IMG/VR virus record: IMGVR_UViG_3300032212_000011 | Location: 1-53,689 of that record | DNA: 53,689 bases | From: a virus | Taxonomy: Duplodnaviria > Caudoviricetes | Strand: one strand, 5' to 3' | Part shown: positions 1-8,779 of the stretch, piece by piece | Layout: each line of letters starts with the position of its first letter | Numbering within the stretch: position 1 is the first letter of the stretch | Made by a program: the position numbers and the translations under genes | Notes under the pieces: generated by a model | The model's input: only the letters and a program-made list of their open reading frames with translations | What the model was told of the DNA's origin: nothing | The model's database searches: none

Positions 1-146
1 GTGCAACAACAGGAGAGCCAACGCTGATTATTTCAGCAGAAGCAGGCCTCTTGTCTATACAGGGTGCACCTAGTTATATACAAACTACTGTTGTAAATTC
101 TGTGGATGATGTGGATGAAGTGCATAGATATTTAAGCACTCAAAAG
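1..146. repeat. Terminal overlap, copy 1 (matches 53544-53689)
   Basis: 146-nt direct repeat with 2 mismatches (127 G vs 53670 A; 146 G vs 53689 A). It falls inside a gene, so it is a circularisation overlap. Confidence 0.95.
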
Positions 147-1034
147 CACAAGTTTAAGTGGGTCATTCTTGATTCCATTACAGAAATTGGAGAAGTCTGT
201 CTTGCTCATGAGATAAAGACTAACCCTGATCCAAGAAAATCATATCCTGCTTTCCAAAGCAAAATGGAACAGACAATCAAAAAATTCCGTGACCTTCGTG
301 GCATGAATGTTATGATGACTTGTAAGCAGGTTAGAAAAGAAGATGCTGATTCTGGTATTGCTCGCTACACTCCTATGATGCCTGGCAATAAGTTGGGTCC
401 TGCTGTTCCTTACTTGTTTGATTTGGTGTTGGCTTTAAGAGTTGAAAAGAATCCTGAGACTAAAGTTTTGGAAAGACATCTACAGACCTACCAAGATTTG
501 AAGTATGAAGCAAAAGACCGCTCAGGAGTTTTGGAGAAGTTTGAAGAGCCAGACTTGCAGGCAATTCTATCTAAGGTTCATGAAAAGCTTGAGAGAGTTA
601 AGCAAGAGGACTTAATTGCTGAAGCAACTCTTTACTTCTATGATGAAGATGAAGGTGAAGTGATAATCATAGATAAAGGTGACTCGTATGATCCTGAGAT
701 TCGCAACTATTGCGAAGAGATGTCTAAAGCTGATTATGATGGATATCTGGAATCTATAGGGGAATCTGAAGAGCCAGTTGAAGAAGCAGAAGAGGCAGAA
801 GAAATTGCTGCTGAGGGAGATGGCGAATCTGAAATTGTAGTTGAAGAAGAAGAGCAAGAAGAAGTTGTTTTGAACAACAAACCTGTTCTTGCTGACAAAG
901 TAACATATCTTTTTGATGCTGCTAGTGATGAAGCCATTAAAACCTTTAAGGGCAAGGCATTACCAGAAGGTCATGAAGATATGCATCCAATGACAGCCAA
1001 AGAGTATACAGATTGGAAAGCTGATAACTCATAA
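1..1034 (+). CDS. Sak4-like AAA ATPase / single-strand annealing protein, C-terminal part. The true start is ATG 53447 across the junction; about 376 aa in total.
   Basis: Walker B-like WVILDSITE. The N-terminus with Walker A GPAGSGKT lies at 53447-53543 and is in frame. Followed by an SSB-like gene. Confidence 0.8.
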   Translation, partial: ATTGEPTLIISAEAGLLSIQGAPSYIQTTVVNSVDDVDEVHRYLSTQKHKFKWVILDSITEIGEVCLAHEIKTNPDPRKSYPAFQSKMEQTIKKFRDLRGMNVMMTCKQVRKEDADSGIARYTPMMPGNKLGPAVPYLFDLVLALRVEKNPETKVLERHLQTYQDLKYEAKDRSGVLEKFEEPDLQAILSKVHEKLERVKQEDLIAEATLYFYDEDEGEVIIIDKGDSYDPEIRNYCEEMSKADYDGYLESIGESEEPVEEAEEAEEIAAEGDGESEIVVEEEEQEEVVLNNKPVLADKVTYLFDAASDEAIKTFKGKALPEGHEDMHPMTAKEYTDWKADNS

Positions 1035-1096
1035 GCTGAATTATTTTTTTATTTTAATTTTATTTTAATTTTTTTTAACAAAAGAGGTATTACAAA

Positions 1097-1570
1097 ATGG
1101 CTAAATTACCAGGCTCATATGAAACAGAACTAGAAGATGATGACTTTGATGTTGTCCCTGCTGGTTGGAAGCCAATGGAAATGATCAAGAATGAGTGGAA
1201 AGATGTGAAAGATAATCCTGACCACAAATATCTTGAATGTACTTTCAAAATCCTTGGTGAAGAAAGCAATGGCAGACTAATTTGGTTGCGTTTGAATTTA
1301 ATAAACTCAGGCGCCAAAGCAGTCAACATAGCTAGAAAGGATTTGAGTCGAATCTCTAAGGCTTGCGGCTTTTCAGAAGAGCCAGAAGATGCGGATGAAT
1401 TAATGAACATCCCCATTGAAGGCAAAGTCACCATTAAGCCAGAAACAGCTCAATGGCCAGCTGGAAATGAATTGAAGGGTTTTAGGGCTTATGAGGATTC
1501 TGCCTCACCTTCAGCTTCAAAGAGCGAATCTGCTCCTGCCAAGAAATCAAAGCCTTGGGAGAAAAAGTAG
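1097..1570 (+). CDS. Single-stranded DNA-binding protein (DUF669-like)
   Basis: DFDVVPAGW N-terminus, YLECTFKI, aromatic KPW C-terminal tail; directly after the Sak4-like gene; GAGG RBS. Confidence 0.75.
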   Translation: MAKLPGSYETELEDDDFDVVPAGWKPMEMIKNEWKDVKDNPDHKYLECTFKILGEESNGRLIWLRLNLINSGAKAVNIARKDLSRISKACGFSEEPEDADELMNIPIEGKVTIKPETAQWPAGNELKGFRAYEDSASPSASKSESAPAKKSKPWEKK

Positions 1571-1577
1571 GTTAATC

Positions 1578-1595
1578 TGGCACATGGACGTGCCA
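1578..1595 (+). promoter_or_regulatory. Intergenic hairpin with an ANGGA loop (possible CsrA/RsmA site or transcript-stabilising stem)
   Basis: TGGCAC-ATGGAC-GTGCCA perfect 6-bp stem; no U-tract. Confidence 0.4.
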
Positions 1596-1626
1596 ACATC
1601 TTCCATTAAATAAGTCGGAGCAAAAA

Positions 1627-2001
1627 ATGAAATGTAATTACTGTAGTTCAAAAACAAAGATAGTTCCTGGCAATGAGTTGTATCCAGATATGGGGCTGTC
1701 TGATGCTGTAATGTTTGTATCTTGTAGCAATTGTGATGCCCACGTTATGTGTAAGAAGAATACTGAAGAGCCTGATGGAATACTCGCTGACAGCGCCCTA
1801 AGAGGTATGAGAGCGGCTGTATTTTCTAGGCTCAACCCTATGCTTGCTAACAAAGGGAAGAAGGCGCGTGCCAAAGTTCTAACTGGCATAGCTCGTTCTG
1901 TGTTCTGTGGCCAAGCAAATATAAATTGCTTTGGAGAGGGTGACTGTAAAAGAGCAATAGACTATTTGGACACGCTCGTAGCAGAGACTCACGGAGAATA
2001 G
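1627..2001 (+). CDS. Zinc-finger protein (DUF3268-like)
   Basis: CNYC...CSNCDAHV, GILADSALRGMR, INCF motifs. Confidence 0.65.
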   Translation: MKCNYCSSKTKIVPGNELYPDMGLSDAVMFVSCSNCDAHVMCKKNTEEPDGILADSALRGMRAAVFSRLNPMLANKGKKARAKVLTGIARSVFCGQANINCFGEGDCKRAIDYLDTLVAETHGE

Positions 2002-2002
2002 T

Positions 2003-2824
2003 ATGGCAAAGCTACCAAAGGACATTAACACTGCGGTCCACCTTATAGACCACAAAGAATACTTATCAAAGAAGCCCCGTGGCTACTTGGGAATGAGTTC
2101 TATTGGAGGTGAATGCGAGCGCAAAGCTTGGTATGGATTTAGATGGGTCCATTTGGATGGTCACCACCTAGCCAGAACTGAAAGAATATTTCAAGTTGGA
2201 CATTATTATGAAGGGGAGATGATTGAGCACTTGGAATCTATTGGAGTTGAATTCATAACCAGACAAGAAGAGTTTGTTTCCTGTCACGGACATATGAAGG
2301 GGCATTCAGATGGCAAAATAATAAAATTGCCAGAAGCTCCAAAAGCAGAGCATGTATTTGAAGCAAAGACTCACAATCAAAAGTCTTTTGAATCTGTGGT
2401 GAAGAAGGGAGTTGAGAAGTCAAAGCCTGTACACTATGCACAAATGCAAGAATATATGAAGCACTCTGGTTGTAAACGTGCATACTATTTGGCATACAAT
2501 AAGAATACCAGTGAGTATTATTCAGAGCGAGTCAAATATGATGCTGATTACACAGAAGATTTGGAGCGCAAAGCATTTTCAATTGTATTCTCTGATCAAC
2601 CACCTGAGAAGAAATTCTCTCCTAGTTACTATGCTTGTAAAAGCTATCCTTGCAAATATTATGATGTTTGTCACAAAGGATTCACAGACATAACCAAAAC
2701 TTGCCGAACTTGTATTCATGTAGATGTGGCAAATGAAGGGCGTTGGGTTTGTGAAAAGAAGAACAAAAATCTAACTTATGATGAGCAACTAGCAGGGTGT
2801 GGAGACTATGGAAGCATCATTTGA
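2003..2824 (+). CDS. PD-(D/E)XK Cas4-like exonuclease
   Basis: YLGMSSIGGECER, GHSDG, FEAKT, HYAQMQEY, C-terminal Cys cluster. Confidence 0.85.
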   Translation: MAKLPKDINTAVHLIDHKEYLSKKPRGYLGMSSIGGECERKAWYGFRWVHLDGHHLARTERIFQVGHYYEGEMIEHLESIGVEFITRQEEFVSCHGHMKGHSDGKIIKLPEAPKAEHVFEAKTHNQKSFESVVKKGVEKSKPVHYAQMQEYMKHSGCKRAYYLAYNKNTSEYYSERVKYDADYTEDLERKAFSIVFSDQPPEKKFSPSYYACKSYPCKYYDVCHKGFTDITKTCRTCIHVDVANEGRWVCEKKNKNLTYDEQLAGCGDYGSII

Positions 2825-4415
2825 ATACAGGTGGTACCAGAAGGAAGGCATTGAGGCAATATCAAAAGATTTAATTTATTGTCTTTCTTCTGGTTCTGAT
2901 GAATATCCTGTTGGAGCATTCCAGACTGGAACAGGAAAAACAATAATAATGACAGGGATTGTTGATGACATAGTAAACAAATTTCCTGGGCTGAAGATAA
3001 TTGTAGCTGCTCATGATAAAAGGATTATAAGACAGAACTACAAAGCGATGGTTCAAGAATTTGGAGAGTCATTTGTAGGGCTTTATTCTGCTGGGCTAAA
3101 GTCAAGAGAAGTTAAAAAAGTTACAGTGGGCAGCATTCAGTCTATGTATAACAAGACTGATCTGTTTGAAGATTTTGATGTTATGATAGTTGACGAGTGC
3201 CATCTAGTCAATCCAAAAAGAGCAGGGATGTACAGAACAATGATACAGAACTGCGATTTAGCAGTGGCAGGATTATCAGGCTCTCCATTCAGACTAGGGC
3301 ATGGATATATCTATGAGGGCAAAGACACCATATTCAAAAAGCTATCATACAATTTATGTACTCCTGAGAATCATGCTAGGTTGGTGGAAGATGGCTTCCT
3401 TGCTAAAATGTATACCAAAGCCACTCTAACAGAATTTGATACTTCAGACATAAAGTTGAAAGGCAGAGATTATGATGAAGCCCAAATGTCTGATGCATTT
3501 GATAGAGATGAAATAACTCAGGCCTGTGTAGAAGAAATAATCAAATTTGGCAAGAATTATAAGAGTTGGATGGTATTTGCAATAGATACTAAGCATGCCA
3601 ACAATATTCAAGAAGAGTTCAGAAAAAGGGGAATATCTGCCATAGCCATCCACTCCAAGATGGATGGAAGTGAAGATGATGCCCTAGAGGATTTTATGAA
3701 TGGCAAATACCAAGTTGCCATTTCAGTCAATATGCTGACTACTGGGTTTGATCACCCAAGAATAGATTTGATTGCTCATATGCGCCCAACAAAATCCCCA
3801 GTATTCCATGTACAGTCTAATGGGCGTGGAGGCAGACCCCATCCTGATAAAGACCATACTTTGGTTCTTGACTTTGCTGGGAATTTTGACGAGCTTGGTC
3901 CTTTGGATAATGTGAGAGTCAAAACCAAAAGAGAAAAGAAAGGTGGTGGAGAGCCAATAATAAAAATTTGCGAAGAGTGCGGCTGTAAACATCATCCATC
4001 CGTGAGAATATGTGACGCCTGCGGGTTTAAATTCCAATTCAAACATAAGCTCAGACTAGGTGGAGGAGATTTTGATATATTCTCTAGCAAAGAAACAACT
4101 ACAAAATGGGTCATTGTAAAGTCAACTACATACAACATAAAGCCTAAAACATATTCAGTTCCATCAATGTTGAAAGTTATTTACAGAACAGATTGTGGAA
4201 CTATAAGTGAGTTGATTGGAGTTGAGCATAAACGAGGCTCGTTCCCATGGAAGATAGCACGGAATTGGTTGAAGCATAGATTGCCTGAGCAAGTTGAACA
4301 TCCCAAAAAAGTTGAAGATATTCTACAAGATTTTCAAATCTTAAAAACCCCCACTAAAATGCTAGTTAATTTTGCTAATAAGCATCCTAAGATATTAAAT
4401 TCAGTTTTCGACTGA
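2799..4415 (+). CDS. Superfamily 2 DExH helicase with Zn ribbon (RadD/YejH-like); start may be ATG 2808
   Basis: TGTGKT, DECH, SGSP, TTGFD, QSNGRGGR, CEEC/CDAC. Confidence 0.9.
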   Translation: METMEASFEYRWYQKEGIEAISKDLIYCLSSGSDEYPVGAFQTGTGKTIIMTGIVDDIVNKFPGLKIIVAAHDKRIIRQNYKAMVQEFGESFVGLYSAGLKSREVKKVTVGSIQSMYNKTDLFEDFDVMIVDECHLVNPKRAGMYRTMIQNCDLAVAGLSGSPFRLGHGYIYEGKDTIFKKLSYNLCTPENHARLVEDGFLAKMYTKATLTEFDTSDIKLKGRDYDEAQMSDAFDRDEITQACVEEIIKFGKNYKSWMVFAIDTKHANNIQEEFRKRGISAIAIHSKMDGSEDDALEDFMNGKYQVAISVNMLTTGFDHPRIDLIAHMRPTKSPVFHVQSNGRGGRPHPDKDHTLVLDFAGNFDELGPLDNVRVKTKREKKGGGEPIIKICEECGCKHHPSVRICDACGFKFQFKHKLRLGGGDFDIFSSKETTTKWVIVKSTTYNIKPKTYSVPSMLKVIYRTDCGTISELIGVEHKRGSFPWKIARNWLKHRLPEQVEHPKKVEDILQDFQILKTPTKMLVNFANKHPKILNSVFD

Positions 4416-4589
4416 TAGGTTAAAAAATAGCCTATTTTTGGTCTTTTTAGCCCTTATTTTTGCCTATTAGGGGCTTTTTCAATAAAGTAGGTACTTACTA
4501 CGTCTGCAGACCTTGCTATCAAAGGGCTCAAAATCGAAAATAATCACGATTTAGGCCCAAAAGTTGTAGTTTTTATACGACCCATATAG

Positions 4590-4643
4590 TATAATAGTTG
4601 TAAGTTAAGGGAAAAGCCCTTAATTTTATCTAAAAACTGGAGA
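4590..4643 (+). promoter_or_regulatory. Early leader: TATAAT box, 5' hairpin and AAAACTGGAGA RBS motif
   Basis: TATAAT 4590-4595; TTAAGGG-AAAAG-CCCTTAA stem; motif 4633-4643; no good -35 at 17 bp. Confidence 0.5.
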
Positions 4644-4651
4644 TTTAAGAA

Positions 4652-5008
4652 ATGAAAAATTTATACCGATTTGTCCAAGAAATGATTTTATCTAAGGATG
4701 AAACTGAGACTACTTCTTTTATTCAAGAAGAGTACTATGCAAATTTGCTAGTTGATAATCATGGTTACTCAAAAAGAGCTGCTAAGGAAATTGCGAAAGT
4801 TTGTAAATATCAAAGAGATCAAGAAATTGAGGAAAAGATTGAGGATTTGCTTGAAAGCGTAGCAGAATTGCTAATTGAAAGAAGAGGGATTGATTCTTCA
4901 GAATTCTCAGATGAAGATGATTCTAAGCTTGATGAAATTGCCGATGACATCGCAGAAAATTCTTCAATTGAAGAGACTCTATCAGAAATGGTAAGAATAA
5001 ACCTTTAA
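4652..5008 (+). CDS. Hypothetical acidic early protein
   Basis: ORF with AAAACTGGAGA RBS; D/E-rich. Confidence 0.7.
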   Translation: MKNLYRFVQEMILSKDETETTSFIQEEYYANLLVDNHGYSKRAAKEIAKVCKYQRDQEIEEKIEDLLESVAELLIERRGIDSSEFSDEDDSKLDEIADDIAENSSIEETLSEMVRINL

Positions 5009-5016
5009 TTAAAGAT

Positions 5017-5046
5017 GCCAGTCGAAAGGCTGGCTAAAACTGGAGA
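5017..5046 (+). promoter_or_regulatory. GAAA-tetraloop hairpin followed by AAAACTGGAGA RBS motif
   Basis: GCCAGTC-GAAA-GGCTGGC then motif at 5036-5046. Confidence 0.6.
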
Positions 5047-5052
5047 AAGAAA

Positions 5053-5427
5053 ATGAAAAACTCAATCAAAATACTGCTTATGAATATAACGCCAAAACAG
5101 CTTACTGGAATAATTGCCGATAGGGCAGGGGATGATTTAGAAGTTGTCCAAGAATTGAAAAGAGTGACTTTTGCTGTAAACGCCAACGGGCTAGAATTCG
5201 TACAAATAAAGTTCTCATATAAATTTGGAAAGTCTCAAACTTTTGTAAGAACTATTTCGTTATCAGAGAGAAATGGAGACATTGTCTTTGTAAACGAGTA
5301 TGATAAGAAAGGTGTTCAATTTGATGTGGAGATACCTGAGAAGCTAGAGCAGTTGAAAGAGTTGCTAGATGTGGAAAATTGTATCTTTCACGATAGTGGT
5401 GAATATCTTGGAGCAGACCATGATTAA
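5053..5427 (+). CDS. Hypothetical early protein
   Basis: ORF with strong RBS. Confidence 0.7.
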   Translation: MKNSIKILLMNITPKQLTGIIADRAGDDLEVVQELKRVTFAVNANGLEFVQIKFSYKFGKSQTFVRTISLSERNGDIVFVNEYDKKGVQFDVEIPEKLEQLKELLDVENCIFHDSGEYLGADHD

Positions 5428-5557
5428 AATGTATAGAAAGTACAACTTTGGACACAAAGAGATAATAAACACAGAAACTTTGTCAAACGAGCTGGCGCTG
5501 AGAAAGTTACACTTTTATCTGTTAAGACGGAAACCAGCATTGGGAGTGGTGAAATGA
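5420..5557 (+). CDS. Small hypothetical protein (about 45 aa)
   Basis: ATG 5420 preceded by GGAG; overlaps both neighbours as expected for coupled genes. Confidence 0.5.
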   Translation: MIKMYRKYNFGHKEIINTETLSNELALRKLHFYLLRRKPALGVVK

Positions 5558-5784
5558 CTAATTTACAAACAATCAGAATGAGATCATTATTTTCTGGTAA
5601 AACTACAGAAAGAGTGATTGCTTATCAGGATGCAGATTTACAGCGATTTTTCGCAGGAATGGATATTGATGAGGCTATGCCATATTTAAGTCCAGACGAC
5701 AAGAGATTCCTTTCTATGGGGATTACTCCAGAAGAGGCAAAGCTAATAAAGGAGCGAAAGAGGGGCTATTTGCGGGCGGGTTAA
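5554..5784 (+). CDS. Hypothetical phage protein
   Basis: ATGA overlap; IDEAMPYLSPDDKRFLSMGITPEE resembles a widespread small phage family. Confidence 0.65.
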   Translation: MTNLQTIRMRSLFSGKTTERVIAYQDADLQRFFAGMDIDEAMPYLSPDDKRFLSMGITPEEAKLIKERKRGYLRAG

Positions 5785-6054
5785 AATAGCTCCTTTAAGC
5801 CCTTAATACGTCTATTTAATACGGTTATATACCTATAGACGAGAAACGAGCGTGCATAGGGCTTACAAGAGCTATTTTAAGACCTTAAAAGGGCTTTTAT
5901 AGCAGTATATAGTAGGTATGAAGAAAAGTTGTATTTTTTGTTTCTTTTTTACCCAGTTGTCTATATACTACCCTTGTCTAGTAAATATACTAGATCGACC
6001 CAAGGAGTAATATTATATTGCTCTATTTTTTAAGATAAAACTGGAGATTCAAAA

Positions 6055-6855
6055 ATGTTATATTTAGTAGATGGTAATTTCAAAGCAACTTTCCGTGGTC
6101 CTTTTGTAAGAGTTCAGATGGATGATCAATTTATTTTTGATACTGAAATCGCTCTTTCCAAAAAAGGTACAGATTTAACAGTCGGTCAGTTAGTTGAATT
6201 TGCCTCAGCAAATAATATCGAAATCAACTCCACCAAAAAGTCTGATGTAGTAGCAGAACTTTGCGATGGGTTATCAAACCTCAAAATACGGGAAATTAAT
6301 GAAATGACTGATTCTCAAAAAGCTGAACAAATTATCATAAAAGCTGAAGAAGATGGACTTGGTGAAGAAGCAACGCTTTTAGCCTTAGTTAATGGAGGCG
6401 TTCCGTTCAAGAAAGCCAATAAATTGTACACCCAAGTTCGAGTTCAATTGGGTTTGGAAGTTTCTGCTTCTGATCGCAAAACTCAGATTAATGACTATCT
6501 AGCCAAAAAAGGGTTGAAGCCAAAAGAGTACGCAGATACTCTAGCAATCGTTGCTTCTTTACAAGGAGTCGTGCCAGGATTGACATCTTCTCAAGCCCTA
6601 TCAGGAATCAATAAATTTGCTAAGGAAAACCAAATTGAGATGCCTAAGAAGCCAAAAGCTGTTAAGAAAGCAAGAGGTGGTTTCAAGACTCAACTCCAGA
6701 ATTGGATTGTTTCTAATGCTTCTGCTACCCAAGCAGAGTTGGAAGACTTCATCGCTCAAAACAAAAAGCCAGAGTCTATGGCCAAGCGTTACTCTGCGAT
6801 GTTAGAAGTTGCTAACCGAGTTGCTGCCTCTTTCTCTGAAGAAGCTGCTGAGTAA
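6055..6855 (+). CDS. Hypothetical Ala/Lys-rich protein with a possible helix-extended-helix nucleic-acid-binding motif
   Basis: AAAACTGGAGA RBS 6037-6047; LTVGQLVEFASANNIEINSTKKSDVV motif; followed by its own terminator. Confidence 0.6.
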   Translation: MLYLVDGNFKATFRGPFVRVQMDDQFIFDTEIALSKKGTDLTVGQLVEFASANNIEINSTKKSDVVAELCDGLSNLKIREINEMTDSQKAEQIIIKAEEDGLGEEATLLALVNGGVPFKKANKLYTQVRVQLGLEVSASDRKTQINDYLAKKGLKPKEYADTLAIVASLQGVVPGLTSSQALSGINKFAKENQIEMPKKPKAVKKARGGFKTQLQNWIVSNASATQAELEDFIAQNKKPESMAKRYSAMLEVANRVAASFSEEAAE

Positions 6856-6870
6856 TCTCTGCTAGTACTA

Positions 6871-6902
6871 AAAGGGACTCTTGTTAAAGGAGTCCTTTTT
6901 TT
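6871..6902 (+). terminator. Rho-independent terminator
   Basis: AAAGGGACTC...GAGTCCTTTT stem followed by a T-run. Confidence 0.8.
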
Positions 6903-6979
6903 ACATCTAACAGGGCGACTATATACTATGTGGGTCGCTTTATTATATAATAGATAATATTAACTAGTAGGAGAAATGA

Positions 6980-7435
6980 GTGAAGCTAACCATATTTGAT
7001 TTTGATGGAACATTAACTGCCAGCCTTTGGAGAAAGCAATTATATTTGGATGGGAAATATGATGATTTTCATGAAGCAGTTTCTGATGATATTGCCAATG
7101 AAAAAATATTTGATTTGTTTGCGTCAGCACTAGCAGAAGATGATCATGATGTAGTTATCTCTACAGCTAGACCCAGAAAGCATATAAAGTCTATGACAGA
7201 TTGGATAAGGGAAGAGGGCAGCTTTCTGAAATCTAAATTCTCAAGCATCCACATATATTGTAGGAGTGACTCAGACATAAGACCTAGCACTGAAGTCAAG
7301 AAAGACAATCTTGAGAGCTTATTGAGAAGACGTGGAGATGATTATGACTCTATTATTATTTATGAGGACCGTGAGGATTGCTGCCAAATGTACTCTGAGT
7401 TTGATGTAATAGTAGAGAAAGTGGAGGAGTTATGA
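6980..7435 (+). CDS. HAD-superfamily phosphatase (PNKP C-terminal-like), copy 1
   Basis: IFDFDGT motif I, ISTAR motif II, K, YEDR motif IV. Confidence 0.85.
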   Translation: MKLTIFDFDGTLTASLWRKQLYLDGKYDDFHEAVSDDIANEKIFDLFASALAEDDHDVVISTARPRKHIKSMTDWIREEGSFLKSKFSSIHIYCRSDSDIRPSTEVKKDNLESLLRRRGDDYDSIIIYEDREDCCQMYSEFDVIVEKVEEL

Positions 7436-7866
7436 GCAATGTATATGTATTTGACTTCGACGGAACAATCACTCAAAGCCTATGGAGAAATCACCATAGA
7501 CAAGAAAGGGACTATAGCACTTTTGATTCGCTACTAGCCTATGATGAACCAAATAATGATGTAGTTGGATTCATAAAGATGCTACAGAGCACTGGGCAAA
7601 TTATCATAGTATCGACTGCTAAATATGAAAGCAGAAGAGCGATGGTTACAAAATGGCTTCTGGAAAATAAAATATCTCCCAGATATATTTATATGAGAGA
7701 TGCTGGGGATTCTGAAACTGCTTCTGCCACAGTTAAATATAAAAATCTACAAAGGATATTGCTAACATTTTCTCCTACAGAAATAATCTGTATCGAGGAT
7801 GATGCAAAATGTATTGAGATGTATGAAGCAAATAATTGTATAGTTATACCTACTAGGAGAACATAA
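7432..7866 (+). CDS. HAD-superfamily phosphatase, copy 2
   Basis: VFDFDGT, VSTAK, YMRD, K, IEDD; clear paralogue of the upstream gene (SLWR shared). Confidence 0.85.
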   Translation: MSNVYVFDFDGTITQSLWRNHHRQERDYSTFDSLLAYDEPNNDVVGFIKMLQSTGQIIIVSTAKYESRRAMVTKWLLENKISPRYIYMRDAGDSETASATVKYKNLQRILLTFSPTEIICIEDDAKCIEMYEANNCIVIPTRRT

Positions 7867-8102
7867 TGGGCGACAAAAAGCAAGATACTGGAAAGCATTA
7901 CAGGAAAGAATACAAAGGAGTAAAGCTAGACCCTGCCAGAATAATAAAAGTTTATGGGGTGACTCACCCAATTCAATGTGGAGTGGTAAAGAAATCACTC
8001 AGGGCTGGACAAGGAAAGAAAACTCTATTGGAAGACATAAGGGATATCCAAACAGCATGCGATAGATGGATTGAGATGCTAGAAGAGGATGGAGAGATAT
8101 GA
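7866..8102 (+). CDS. Small conserved phage protein, DUF3310-like (possible nucleotide kinase)
   Basis: HY...D...K..RAG.K...EDI pattern reminiscent of DUF3310; translationally coupled. Confidence 0.45.
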   Translation: MGDKKQDTGKHYRKEYKGVKLDPARIIKVYGVTHPIQCGVVKKSLRAGQGKKTLLEDIRDIQTACDRWIEMLEEDGEI

Positions 8103-8779
8103 AAATTGTAATTGTAACTGGAGCAGAAAGCGGATTGGGGAAGGGAATTGCCAATCTATTTGAATCCAAAGGCTACCATGTTGTTAATCTTCCTAGGGAA
8201 ATATTTTGGGAAGATAATATGAAGTCTGCTATTGATTCTTTCATAGATGAAGTTGCTAGCACTTGCGATGTGTATGGCGTCATTAACTGTTTTGGAATCA
8301 ATCATCTTTCATTTATTGGAGAGACTCCTGAGGAAGATGAAAGAATATTTAGAATAAATGCCATGGGTCCATACTGGGTAATTAATGCGCTTAAAAGAAA
8401 TAAACAAGTCTGTAAAGTTTTGAATGTTTCATCCCAGACTTATCGAGTTGCTCAGAGAACTACTAGCATTTATTGCGCTAGCAAAGCAGCTCTATCGCAT
8501 ATGACTAAGGTTATGTCCAGAGAATTGGCTCCACACGGATGGCAAGTGAATGCTTACTCACCTGGCAAAATATTGGGAACTAAGATGGCTCGTAAAACTG
8601 ACAAGCAAGTTACAGAGCTAAGAGGTTGGGAAGATGATGATGCTGATGATTATGCCAAGAGTATGATTCCAGTAGGCAGATTTATGGATGTTGAAGAGGC
8701 ATCTCAAATAGCATATCAAATATTTGAATTGCCTCATTATGTAGCAGGGGAAACCATAGCTGCTACTGGAGGCGTTTGA
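8099..8779 (+). CDS. Short-chain dehydrogenase/reductase (SDR)
   Basis: TGAESGLG Rossmann motif, NVSS, YCASK catalytic YxxxK, VNAYSPG. Confidence 0.9.
   Translation: MKIVIVTGAESGLGKGIANLFESKGYHVVNLPREIFWEDNMKSAIDSFIDEVASTCDVYGVINCFGINHLSFIGETPEEDERIFRINAMGPYWVINALKRNKQVCKVLNVSSQTYRVAQRTTSIYCASKAALSHMTKVMSRELAPHGWQVNAYSPGKILGTKMARKTDKQVTELRGWEDDDADDYAKSMIPVGRFMDVEEASQIAYQIFELPHYVAGETIAATGGV

Noticed and set aside
1-146. Biological direct terminal repeat
   Set aside because: The repeat interrupts a coding sequence mid-gene and is better explained as an assembly overlap.
2003-2824. CRISPR-associated Cas4
   Set aside because: Sits in a Sak4/SSB/helicase recombination module with no CRISPR context; a stand-alone phage exonuclease.
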